Positions 51,771 to 64,000 of a DNA stretch of 64,000 nt are shown here, one piece after another. Origin of the DNA: Octopus sinensis (lineage: Eukaryota); assembly GCF_006345805.1 (NCBI RefSeq), contig NC_043019.1, positions 10,353,360-10,417,359 of the forward strand, given 5' to 3'. The notes under the pieces were generated by a model that was given only the letters and a program-made list of their open reading frames with translations, did not search any database and was not told where the DNA came from. The position numbers and the translations under genes are program-made. Position 1 is the stretch's first letter; the number at the start of each line of letters is the position of its first letter.

Positions 51771-52612
51771 CAGGGCCAGTTAACCGTTTCTTGTGGCTAT
51801 TTTTCTCTACCTTCCTTGGTGATGGTTGTCTTTTCTTTTTGTCTCTGATTTTTTTTTTCTCCTTGATTTATCTGTACCAGATCTTTTAATCAACACCGGT
51901 CATTTCTGACATTATAAAGAAAACTAAAAACAAATTATCAAAACTACAACAAAAAACAAAAAAGAAGACCATTAACAAAAGCACAAAAGAAAAAGAAAAG
52001 CAACGGCCATGCTTTGACATGTTAATCGATGACCTACAAGAACCACCACCAAAGATCAGATATCTCTCTTTTTTTTTTTTCGATCATACACTTATTGAAT
52101 ACCTGGAGGCTTGTTTGGATCAACCAAGCTTCATTTATTTATTAATTTATTAATTCATTTATTTAATTATTTATCTGTTTTTTACTGTTGCCTCTGCAGG
52201 ACCGGTTGTATTGTTCAGCTTAAAAAGGGAAAAAATCCATAGGTGTTCTACCCCTCATTCTACTTTCTGTTTTAATAATTATAATAATAATAATGAAGTT
52301 ATTGTATACAGTGCCCAGGTGCCCCACAACTTGTCAAAAGTGCGTATAAAGCATATGCAGTAATGTACAAATGCCTGGGAAGCAAACAGTGTATGAGTCA
52401 GATACATGCTTGCTTGTTTGTATGGAGGGGAGAAAACCAAACGTGGTGTTGGCGAATCTCAGGAAGCATGGAAGTTTTGAAGCTTTTATAACATTGACTA
52501 TATTTCTGTTTGCAGTATTGAGAGCAAATAAAACGCAAAAAATAAGGGTTTATTTCATATGTTATGATGAAACAGCACAATTGATTATACAGTTCTATAT
52601 TTAAGAGATGTG

Positions 52613-53228
52613 TGGAGGCGCAATGGCCCAGTGGTTAGGGCAGCGGACTCGCGGTCATAGGATTGCGGTTTCGATTCCCAGACCGGGCGTTGTGAGTGTT
52701 GAGCGAAAACACCTAAAGTTCCACGAGGCTCCGGCAGGGGATGGTGGTGATCCCTGCTGTACTCTTTCACCACAACTTTCTCTCACTCTTACTTCCTGTT
52801 TCTGTTGTACCTGTATTTCAAGGGGCCGGCCTTGTCACTCTCTGTGTCATGCTGAATATCCCCGAGAACTACGTTAAGGGTACACGTGTCTGTGGAGTGC
52901 TCAGCCACTTACACATTAATTTCACGAGCAGGCTGTTCCGTTGATTCGGATCAACCGGAACCCTCGTCGTCGGAACCGACGGAGTGCTCCTGCAAGGGGT
53001 GGTGGTGATCCCTGCTGTACTCTTTCACCTTACTTCCTGTTTCTGTTGTACCTGTATTTCAAGGGGCCGGCCTTGTCACTCTCTGTGTCACGCTGAATAT
53101 CCCCAAGATCTACGTTAAGGTTACACGTGTCTGTGGAGTGCTCAGCCACTTACACGTTAATTTCACGAGCAGGCTGTTCCGTTGATTCGGATCAACCGGA
53201 ACCCTCGTCGTCGGAACCGACGGAGTGC
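52613..53228 (+). mobile_element. tRNA-derived SINE family D with a tandem duplication of its 3' half
   Basis: Head ggaggcgcaatggcccagtggttagggcagcggactc...ggtttcgattccc. Segments ~52735-52987 and ~52993-53228 are near-identical. Related copy at 8109-8377. Confidence 0.85.
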
Positions 53229-53307
53229 TTCCGTCCATCCATTTAAGAGGTGTGGAATTATGTATATTATTTACATTATTTACATTATTTACATTATTAT
53301 TTCTATA

Positions 53308-53488
53308 GGCGCAGGAGTGGCTGTGTGGTAAGTAGCTTGCTAACCAACCACATAGTTCCGGGTTCAGTCCCACTGCGTGGCACCTTGGGCAAGTGTCTTC
53401 TACTATAGTCTCGGGCTGACCAAAGCCTTGTGAGTGGATTTGGTAGACGGAAACTGAAAGAAACCCGTCGTATATATGTATATATATA

Positions 53489-53528
<40 letters not shown>

Positions 53529-53725
53529 TGTTTGTCCCCCCAACATTGTTTGACAACTGATGCTGGTGTGTTTACATCCCTGTAACTTAGCGGTTCGGCA
53601 AAAGAGACTGATAAAATAAGTACTAGGCTTACAAAGAATAAGTCCTGGGGTCGATTTGTTCGACTAAAGGTGGTGCTCCAGCATGGCCGCAGTCAAATGA
53701 CTGAAACAAGTAAAAGAGTAAAAGA
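53308..53725 (+). mobile_element. tRNA-derived SINE family A, full-length representative with internal (TG)n
   Basis: Head ggcgcaggagtggctgtgtggtaag...ggttcagtccc (A/B-box-like), tail caagtaaaagag. Other copies e.g. 265-608(-), 12975-13350(-), 17036-17605, 18666-19130, 22430-22797(-), 30420-30775(-), 39688-40100, 40405-40707(-), 42372-42750. Confidence 0.9.
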
Positions 53726-53772
53726 CTAGATTTACATTTGATGGATATTTGTCTTCATCTCGTTTGTTGTAA

Positions 53773-53803
<31 letters not shown>

Positions 53804-54611
53804 GATAATTTATTTCTTTATTGCCCACAAGGGGCTAAACATAGAGGAGACAAACAAGGACAGACAAATGGATTAAGTCGATTACATCGACCCCCCCCCC
53901 AGTTGTTAACTGGTACTTATTTAATGGACACCAAACGGATGAAAGGCAAAGTTGACCTCGGCGGAATTTGAATTCAGAACATAACAGCAGACGAAATACT
54001 GCTAGGCATTTTGCCCGGCATGCTAACACTTTTGACAGCTCGCCGCCAATAATAATAATAATGATAATGATACTACTACTAATAATAATATAATAATAAT
54101 AATAATAACATTGAAAAATACCTTAGGAATGAGAACCCAGGTTCGAAATTTCTCCAAGACACTTAATGAAGGTTGGAGGGTATATCAGCCAAAACATTGT
54201 GCTAACAATAAACAAGATGAGGACAAATATCTATCAAATGTGAATAATGTAAATAATGTAAATAAAGGACAATTGATGTTGAAGGACTTGTACGAAGCTT
54301 TTAAATGCGTATGCCTTGATCTTTTGGTAGATGATTCACTTCTGACCCGTTAGCATTTAAACAAACCAAAATATTCTACCTGTTTCATATTCAAACTGGA
54401 CAGATCCTGTCTCTCACACCTGACCTACAATGTCATTTGGAAAAATATACTATAAGTGCAGGCGTGGCTTTGTGGTAAGAAGCTCGCTTCCTAACCACAT
54501 GGTTCTGGGTTCAACCCCCACTGTGTGACACCTTGGGCAAGTGTCTTCTACTGGAGCCTCAGGCTGACAAAATCCTTGGGAGTCGATTTGTTAGATGGAA
54601 ACTGAATGAAG

Positions 54612-54654
<43 letters not shown>

Positions 54655-54655
<1 letters not shown>

Positions 54656-54887
54656 CGACGCCCTACTGGCACTTGTGCTGGTGTGCACGTGGCACGTAAA
54701 AATAAGGCGTGGCACGTAAAAAGCACCCACTACACTCTCGGAGTGGTTGGCATTAGGAAGGGCATCCAGCTGTAGAAACTGCCAGATCAGATTGGAGCCT
54801 GGTGCAGCCATCTGGTTTGCCAGTCCTCAGTTAAATTGTCCAACCCATGCTAGCATGGAAAGCGGACGTTAAACGATGATGATGATA
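54655..54887 (+). mobile_element. RTE 3'-tail-derived short repeat (family C) ending in (GAT)n
   Basis: ggcacgtaaaaagcacccactacactctcggagtggttggc...aaacgatgatgat, the same as the 3'UTR of LINE 19780-20945. Copies at 795-1030, 3560-3800, 13635-13930, 17685-17930, 22075-22403, 26130-26470, 35345-35512, 47085-47545. Confidence 0.85.
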
Positions 54888-55216
54888 CATATATATATAT
54901 ATATATACGTATGTGTGTGTGCGTTTGTGTCTGTGTTTGTCCTCCTCAACATCACTTGACAACCAATTTTGGTGTGTTTATATCCCCAGAACTTAGCAGT
55001 TCGGCTAAAATTACTGACAGAACAAGTACTAGACTTTCAAAGAATAAGTCCTGGGGTCGATTTGCTCGACTAAATGTGGTGCTCCAGCATGGCCACAGTC
55101 AAATGACTAAAACCAGTAATAGAGAGAGAGAGAGAGAGTATTCAACAATAGTACAGAGTAAACCATTAGATTAATACAAAATTGTTTTTATTAAAACTAG
55201 ACACAAAAACAAAGTG

Positions 55217-55247
<31 letters not shown>

Positions 55248-55479
55248 TTGTGTACATATACACAGAAATATGGATTGATAGATATATAAGTGCATGCATG
55301 TGTGTGTGTAATGTATGTGTGTGTATGTTTGTATCCATGCCTGTATGTATGCGTATAATTGTGTGTGTTTGTAATTAAAAGTACTCTTGAAAGCAGGTTA
55401 TTATAAAAGTGTTTTGTTTTGGTTTCAAATGAATTTTCAGAAGTGTTTACGCCATGTGTGTGTGTGTGTGTGTTTGGAG

Positions 55480-56827
55480 GGAAGGGTGAGTGTGAGAGGG
55501 TACATGACTTGAGGAAGTAGGAGGAAGGTGCGACGGGCGAAAGGGAAGCAGTGATAGGAGAGGGAAGAGGAGATGCGGATAGAGGGGTGTAAATAGGGCG
55601 AGAGTAGGAGGTGGGATTGTGCGAATGTAATAAGGGTGAGGGATATGAAGGAGGGATGTGAAGGGGAGGAATGAAAGAGTGAGAGAGAGAGAGAGTGTGA
55701 GAGAAGAAGGGAGAGAGAGAGAGAGAGAGAGAGTGGAAAGATGTGAAAAAGAATTGGGAGGAGCAGGAAGAGAAGGGGTGATAGTGGAAAGTTACTGGAA
55801 AATATTTGGCCGTCCAACAGACTGAGAGAGTGAGAGAGAGAGAGAGTGAAAGAGTAATACACTGTGTAAGAGAGAAAGAGGAAGGGTGAGAGGGAGGGAC
55901 ATATTAGTATAAATGTAGAGAGGGAGAAAAGATCAGTGGTGACACATATAGAGTGATATAGAGAGGGAGAGAAAGAGCGAAAGAGGGAAACAAAGAGCGG
56001 GGAAGAGAGAGAGAGAAAAAATAAGAGATGGAAAATTAAGGGACAATAATAGGGAGTAGGAGTAAAGCTGAAAGACATATGTATATAGAGAGAGAAGAGT
56101 GAAAGAGAGAGAGAGAGAAGAGCGGAAAAAGAGAGATAAAAGTGAAGGGGTGTGTGTGTGTGTGAAAATGAGTAATAGTATGAGGTGTGACTGTTTGGTA
56201 GTAGTAGTTTTAGGAGTCTTTCTATATTAGTAATAGTAGTAATGGTGGTGGTAGTAGTAATATTCTATGTTACTTATGTAGTAGTAGTAGTAGTAATAGT
56301 GGTGGTGATAGAAATATTTTTTGTTTAACCCTCGGTCAACCTTAATCGAGCAGGATTATGATCCAAATCATTCCATCCGTGGCCAACCCTCCGTTCTTTT
56401 TTATTTTCATGGGTATATAGGACTACAATAGTGTCAAATATATGTATATTTTTAAGTTTTTATAACACAGTGGGGTATGATCTGTGGGTGTCATTTGACT
56501 GCTATTTCTAGCAGGTGGATCTGTCACGTAGACGCTTTGTATGGAGCGGCTGTAGTAGTAGTAGTTGGGGGAAGGGTAATGATATAGAGAGAGGGAGGAA
56601 GAGAGAAAGAGTGATAGTTAGAAAGGGAAAGAGAAAGGTAGAGAGATATAGAGAGAGATAGAAATGGACGGAGAGAGAGGGAGAGAAGAATCTAGAGAAT
56701 GACGTAAAGAAGGAAATAGAAGACAAGGAAAAGAACGAAGAGGAGCGGTTTTTTTTTTGTGAAATGTTATATTTTTGATAAACTCTCACACGCACACACA
56801 TAGATAGATAGATAGAGAGAGATATAG

Positions 56828-56882
<55 letters not shown>

Positions 56883-57240
56883 TAAATAGAGAGAGAGAGA
56901 GAGATAAATAGATAGAAAGAGAGAGAGATGATAGACAGATAAATAGAGAGAGAGAGAGAGAGAGATTATAGAGGGAGGAAGTGAGAACATAGTAAGAGCT
57001 TCATAGTGAAGGTGAGGAAAATAAACGAGGAGAAAGAAGCAATGCGTTTAGAGAGAGAGAGAGAGAGAGAGAGTGAGAAGGGGAGGAAGGTCAAAGTGAG
57101 TGAGTGAGAAACTGAAAGATAAACTCCGAGTAAGAATAGAGACAGAGAGAGAGAAAGACAGCGAGGGAGAGTGTGTAGCAGGAAGAGGAGAACGAGTGAG
57201 TGGAAAGGATAGGCAGATAGTACAAGAGAGAGAGTGAGGG
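55480..57240 (+). repeat. Long purine-rich (GA/GATA) low-complexity tracts
   Basis: Direct reading; strong purine skew on the + strand. Confidence 0.9.
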
Positions 57241-57737
57241 AGTATTATGTCACGACGTCATGCTTGCTGCCTACCTACTTACCTCTCAAACATTGTCTTT
57301 CCCTCCCTCTCTCTCTTTTTTAGATCCTCCTACTACTACGCTTGTTTTATTTACTCTCTCTTTTTCTCTACCCCTCTGTCTTCTTTCATGTTTGCTTTTC
57401 TTTCGTTTTTTTTACTCTTCCTCCCTTTTTACTCCCCTTCTGGTGTTTTAACTATTAAAAGTGAAATATATACATTCACACACGTATAGTTAAGTATATA
57501 CACTCGCACACGTATATGATGTATATATATTTATACATACATACGCACATGCAGAATGAGAGAGAGAGAGTGTAAAAGAGATAGTGGGTGGGAGGCAGAA
57601 ACATATATATATATAGAGAGAGAGAGTGAGGTGGGAGGTAGTTATTTATTTAGAGAGAGAGAGAGTGAGGTGGGAGGTAGATATATATATATATTTAGAG
57701 AGAGAGAGAAGAGAATGGGTAGTGGGAGGTAAAAACT

Positions 57738-57793
<56 letters not shown>

Positions 57794-59211
57794 TATGTAT
57801 GTGTGTGTGTGTGCACTGAAAGAGAGAGAGTGAGATAAAGGGAGTGTAAGGTAGGAGGCAGACACACACAAACACACATAAACACACACACACACACATA
57901 TAAATAATAGAGAGAATGAGGGGGAGTTAACAAAGATAGATATATATAAATTGTAGACGGAGTAGGAGGAAATATTAATTCGTGTACTCCTCCCTCTCAC
58001 ACCCTCCCTGGGTCTCTCCCCTTTTTAATTGTGGTCTTTTCTTAATAAACCAGCATTTCAGAAGAGCTTAGTGGTTAAAGCAAGCCAGTAGGTTGTGTGT
58101 AGCCCTGCTCCAAGCCTAGTAATGTTGTGTGCCTCCAAGGCTATAGTTATAGACGAAAACTTTGGCCCACAAGTAAAAGAAGAAGCAATGCCTTCCTTAC
58201 AGCGTAGTGATACGTAGGTATTTTTGGTATTTTATCTCCCTGCCACCCTTGTCTCTTCCTCTTTTAATATATATTTAATAATATTATACACGCCAGTCTA
58301 CTATGAATTATAATTATTATATACATAGAGTAAAAGAGAGTTATTATTTATATATATAGCAACGTATTTGTATATACACTCAATTTCTGTGGCTTATCTT
58401 TGGTTTAGAATCTGCATATATATATATATATTTATTTAGTATATATAGAGAGAGATTCTAAACCAAATATGAACTACAGAATGTGGGTGTATATATATAT
58501 ATGTATATATAATGTGGTTTGTAATTAAAATTGCCCTTCTAATGATTTATAGTAGTAATTAATATATTTTTAATTTAAAGCTAATTTTACCGTTTATCGT
58601 TACCAATTTTTGCGTTTCTGACGCGAAACTCCAGGTAACGACTAAAAAATATAATGTATATATATAAGTCCTATACATATGTATATATAAGTCCTATATT
58701 TTTATTTTCGTTTGTAAATTCAAACGTATATATTTAATGTGGCTTTTAAGCCCCAGATCATCTCTTGTCGAGTGTATACCTATCGAAAGCGTTCCAGCCA
58801 TGACCATTCCGTCTTTTATTTAGACATACTTTAAACTCAAAACTTCATAATCCAAAATGTCCTTCCTTTTTTTTTTCTTTCTGCCTTTTTAAGATTCGCC
58901 TTCATAATTTTGCGAGATACTTACCTGCTATTTCTAGCAGGAATAGCGTGCCCCCAGGCTTTTTTCTTTTCCTATTAAAAGATCTGGTCAGGTCGTTCAT
59001 TCTATTCTCTGCCTTTCTTTTATTTTTTTCCCTAATATTTTAATTACTAAACCATTCCTTTTTCGACTTAGCTATTCTCACCCCCATATGACCTCCTTCG
59101 CAGCCAGCCATTCCATAACCAAACCCACACACAACTATATCTTGTGATATCTGTGCTGCTTGAGAGAGGCAGCCTTTTGCGCTCACTCCAAATGCACGTA
59201 CAATATACATA

Positions 59212-59267
<56 letters not shown>

Positions 59268-61509
59268 CGCACGTGTATATGTGTGTGCGCATGACTTTGT
59301 AATTAATAAGCTGTTCCCCAAAAATTATATAAGATGTGTGTAGATATACATATATATATATATATATATATATCCATATATGATGTCGATGTGTATGGGT
59401 GTGTATGTATGTATATATATAAAACATACGCATGATGCGATATTTGTGTATATGACATCATAAATGGGTGTGTATTATCTACGCACATTTGAGCATAATA
59501 TTCTATAATTAAATAGCTCTTCAAAAAATATATACCTATCTACGATGCCATCTTATATATACCGTTATGTGTATAATCATAGGTGTTTGTGTATATGTAA
59601 CTATCTTAATTGATCTTTTAATAAACTATCCAAAAATTATTTATTCTCATCTTTGATCCTTACCGTGTGTGTTTGTATATATACCTATATAGGTATAGTT
59701 ATATATATTTATATATATATATGTATGAAATCACACACACCTATACGTTCGTGTATATTCCTATATTAATTAGTTGATAATTAATAACCCAATCTCCCAA
59801 AACGTGGTTTATAAATCCAGATATATTCTCCTAATTGAATTTTTGTAATAGAAGCTATGACACACCTTCCCCACCTTATCAATAAGTGATCTAATTGGAA
59901 TTTAAAAGATTTATCTACGACGAATCATCCAGCTCTACGCCGAAATATACTCTGTGCTCGCTCTGCCCGCTAGAAATAGCAATTAAAACTTCCACAAATT
60001 ATAAACCATCTTCTTAAAGGACACGTGGAATTAAAGGTGTTTGGAAAGAGAAAAAACAAAAAACGGGATGGTCAACTTTGGAATGCTTTCATCATACCTA
60101 GGTGTATTCTTTTGAGGTTATCGTCCTCTCACTAGACCTCATCCGCCCTCCAAAATACTCGAGCATTCGAATCTGAATACATCTTTAATTTATAAAATGC
60201 GTATATAATGTAATATATGAAATTTTGATTGTAGCGTTGGGTATTTTTTCTCATAGTTTTTCATTTTGGGCCTCACGTTATTCGTGCCCTGGTGTTTAAA
60301 TTATTGATTTTAGTACCTGGAAGAGATAGAAGTTAAATGTTTTAGGCCTTTACTGTTCATGAATGTTTTTGTTTGAGGGAGGGAAAAAAAATTAGCCTAA
60401 ATCATGGGAACGGTTAAAAGGGGGAAAAAAATTATGTAGTTTTTGCTAGTTACAACTTACGAATCGGAAAAGTTCTTAAAGTTTATTAAAATGATTAACG
60501 AAATTAAAATTCACCCCCCTAACTTTTTAAGATATTTTAGTTGTATAAAATAAACTTAGTGAAATTAAAAAGGCGTGTGTATGTACATACATATATATAC
60601 ATAGTGTACATGTATATAAAAGGTAAAATATACTAGAACCGTAAGATTGCCATAATATAAAATGTGTGATTATATAGTGTACATATATAAAATATAAATT
60701 GTGTATATGTATATATAGTTTACATATATAAAATAAATAAAAATTGTGTGTGTATATATATATAGTTTACATATATAAAATAAATAAAAATTGTGTGTAT
60801 ATATAAATATAGTGTACATAAAGTGTGTATATATACATACACGTCATGAATATTTGAATATTGGATTTTTAATGGATATTTTGTAGATGATAGAAAATAA
60901 AGTGAAATAAACTATTAGTGCGTGCGTATATGTACATTTTATATATACGCCCCTTTTATATGCACACATTGTCATAGCAATCAAGGTGCTCTAATTAATG
61001 CCCACTGTCGTATGGATGGCCGTGTGTGTATATATATATATAATATATTTATGATGACGTTGGTCATAACTGGATCGTTTTTGATATTATGACTAGAACA
61101 ACGTCTGCTCCATTAGAGACCTACGCTGGGAAGACAATTAGAATAATTATCCTGGATTGAAATTATTAACAATAATTAGCCATGAGTGAGTTAGTGATCG
61201 TAAGTCTCTCTGCCTCTAATTAATTGTAGATGACTGACCTAAGTTGCGGAAGAAAAAGACTGACTAAACAAAAAAATTAATTAGGTTGTTGACTATCGGA
61301 TATTGTTTTGTTTTCGGGTCAGTTGTGATTGGAGTCGCTCCAGGCGTGCCCAGCCAATCTTGTATATACTTTGTACTACTTTTGTTTCAAAGCAGATTTA
61401 GCTGCGTAGCTAATCTCTCTCTCTCTCTCTTTATGTATATATCTACCTCTCATTTTTCTCCATCCCCCTCTCTCGCTTTTCTGTATATTCCCCCGTTCCG
61501 CCACCCCCT

Positions 61510-61546
<37 letters not shown>

Positions 61547-62364
61547 CTTTCTTTTCCTCATACTCTTTCTACCTTTCCTCCTACCCCCTCACTCGTCTTT
61601 AATTGTTCTTAGATAAGAGGGAAGACACTCACACACACACAAAATGATCTAAGGATTATACTAAAGAAAATGAGCTAATTTCGTGCTAGAACTGGCATTT
61701 TAACTTCCTACTTGGGAGAAAAGATTAATAATTAGGAACTGAATAAATTCTTCCTTAGATAATTTGTTAGGCGTATACCATACACACGTGTATATGTATA
61801 CGCGGTATATTCAACCATTATTTATATATGTGCCAAAAATATGAAAATAGATATCTGCTTAGTTGTGTATACACGCGCATCGGATTTAGTGTCAGTTTTA
61901 ATCATTATAGCCCTAGGTTTAAGCCTTGTTCTGAGCCAAAATTGATCGAGAGAGATCCAGTTTTATTTATATATATATATATTTTTTTCTTAATACACAC
62001 CTACATGCTACGTGTGTCCAACATGGTATTTGCTCCATTTATTTAAAGCCATTAAGAGTATCGATTTTCTTTTCTTGAAAAGAAAAGTCTATATGGCTGC
62101 TATTTTTAGCAAAGTCGAACGGCCACGTAAGAGGCTCGAAAGTTACACGTGATGTGGCTGCGTTGAAAGCTTGTGACACGCGCACGCGCACACAACAGGA
62201 GACTTTTTATTTGTTGACCGAATTTTCTCTGTTAAAAAGGGATTTTTTTTAAATATTTGTATTTGCTCTCAGCATTTTTAGAAAAATGGTTTTAAATTTA
62301 CTATTTTTTTTTTTTTTACTTGTGTGTTGATGTGACAGCTATCAATCTGTCAAGATGAAGCAAT

Positions 62365-62425
<61 letters not shown>

Positions 62426-62521
62426 CAATTTTACTGAACCTTCAGTTTTTTTATATGCTACACCACTGGTGTGAAATCGATTTTAATTAAATTAATATCT
62501 AATTTCTCACCCTCATTTTAA

Positions 62522-62567
<46 letters not shown>

Positions 62568-64000
62568 AAACTTCTCCACCCATTTCTACAATTGGACAAG
62601 TAAATTAAGAAAATTGATGGATTTTAATTTATTAAAGCTAGTTATATGCATTTTATTATATACACACACATGATATGGCGGTGCTCCAGTATGGCCGCAG
62701 CCATTATTTTGGAATGCCTGAAAGAAATTATGTGTAGCGGATGCCTTTTATTATCATTGATAAGGTTCTTGCATGTGCAGGATATTCTTGTAATTAATCC
62801 GCTGCTTAATGTTATCAGCTGGCTCATTATCCGAACTGCTTCGTCATACGCACTAAGCTGTGTATTATTAGCAGCATTCGTCTGCCGCCGACATTGTTTG
62901 CAAACGAAAAGATAGTTATTATCCCGTAACTTTAATGGCTCAATAAATATCGATTGATTAAAAAGGAAGTAAAAGTAGCAGATTGGAATCGATATAATCG
63001 ATTAAAAAGCCCTTTGAAGCCGCTGCTCCAACATGGCCGTATTCCATTGTGATCGCCCCAAAAAAGCTTGCTTATAATAGTTTAGTGTATCATTTTACAT
63101 ACACACACACACATACACACTTGAGATGTGTATCTTCTCAGTAATTAAGCATTAGTTCATCCGAACTGTTTCCCGTTCATTAAAACTGCCTTCTTCCAAT
63201 TTTAGCTTTCTGTATTTTGTAATTAGGAACAGAAAACAACCGCGTAATTAGACCCAAGTTATTGAAAGATAAACTAACGCTTAATGTCTAATCATCTTCT
63301 GCGTATATGATCTTAGATTATATATATTTATATATATATATATATATAAATAAATAAATATAATAGTAATTATGTAAGTGATAATTTAGTTCGGAATGGG
63401 CGCTGACTGCGTACATATATAATGAATAAAATGGCCGCTTTCATGGTTTCCAGTTGTTAAGACAGAAATAAACGCTGATTAAAGGCAGTGACTATGAAAA
63501 CAAAATATTTATAAGCGATTTCAGGATCTCTCGTGTCGGCGGGTGATGGGATTAAAAAAGGGGGCGGACAATTTAGCGTGTTTTAATAGAAATTTCTGTT
63601 TTAACTTTCGAAACTTGTAAAATAGCATGGCGGAGTAGGCATTAAATTGATGCATGCTAGTTTTTTTTGTTTGTTTGTTTTTGTTCGTTAGTTGGGGTTT
63701 TTCTTTTTTCTTTTTTACCCCCTTCATTAATAGGGGGCGGGGGCGAAAATGTATTATTTGCTGCGGTGCTGGTATTTGTCATCTCAATACCCCCCTGACA
63801 TTATTTTCTGGCAGAACAAAACAAGGGAGATAATCATTGAAGCGTTCAATGTTCCCCAGCCGTGGTTAGAACTCTGCTGTTGTTGCTTCTGGTGCCAAAA
63901 GGCGTCAGGAAATACCATTTTATGGGCAAACATCGATTCCAATTATTCTACACGTCATTGTTTACAGCTTTATCTATTTCGAGTTCCACTGATGCAAATT

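Noticed and set aside
51570-51870. Alternative open minus frame (...GPDGGTLYPPNRGYNGRDDLSPFRGSRAPKSYSQALE...)
   Set aside because: No ATG or acceptor in frame unless a homopolymer error is assumed, and its phase-0 end leads quickly to stops in the next candidate exons.
52613-52690. tRNA-like sequences (also 8109-8165 and SINE A heads)
   Set aside because: They are SINE heads running directly into SINE bodies; I did not find a convincing tRNA cloverleaf.

Overview
Eukaryotic, AT-rich DNA saturated with microsatellites and SINEs. The repeat families and (CA/TA/CATA)n density point to an octopus (coleoid cephalopod) genome; this is inferred, not proven. Almost all ORFs in the supplied track are microsatellite or SINE artefacts. 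Content I can support: (1) three minus-strand exons of dynactin subunit 6 (DCTN6/p27) at 13519-13583, 5980-6085 and 4495-4574. The last is followed by a U12-type (minor spliceosome) donor GTATCCTT. Exon 1 was not found, and the downstream exons probably lie left of the window. (2) A putative, unrecognised multi-exon minus-strand gene upstream of DCTN6. Four exons (40990-41076, 36068-36203, 29373-29431, 27913-27970) splice in phase into one ORF, with candidate 5' exons at 51667-51770, 49974-50082 and 45880-45921. (3) Two apparently intact minimal type I hammerhead ribozymes about 700 bp apart on opposite strands (42164-42206 + and 42932-43022 -), plus several degenerate ones, typical of Penelope-like retroelements. 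(4) A diverged duplicated ~150-bp non-coding motif cassette (18331 and 24526). (5) A ~100-bp repeat/variable-spacer array closed by an inverted head (28467-28831). (6) Many tRNA-derived SINEs, RTE and R4/Dong LINE fragments, a Tigger remnant, Helitron ends and MITEs. The last ~9 kb is SINE-poor and looks regulatory.
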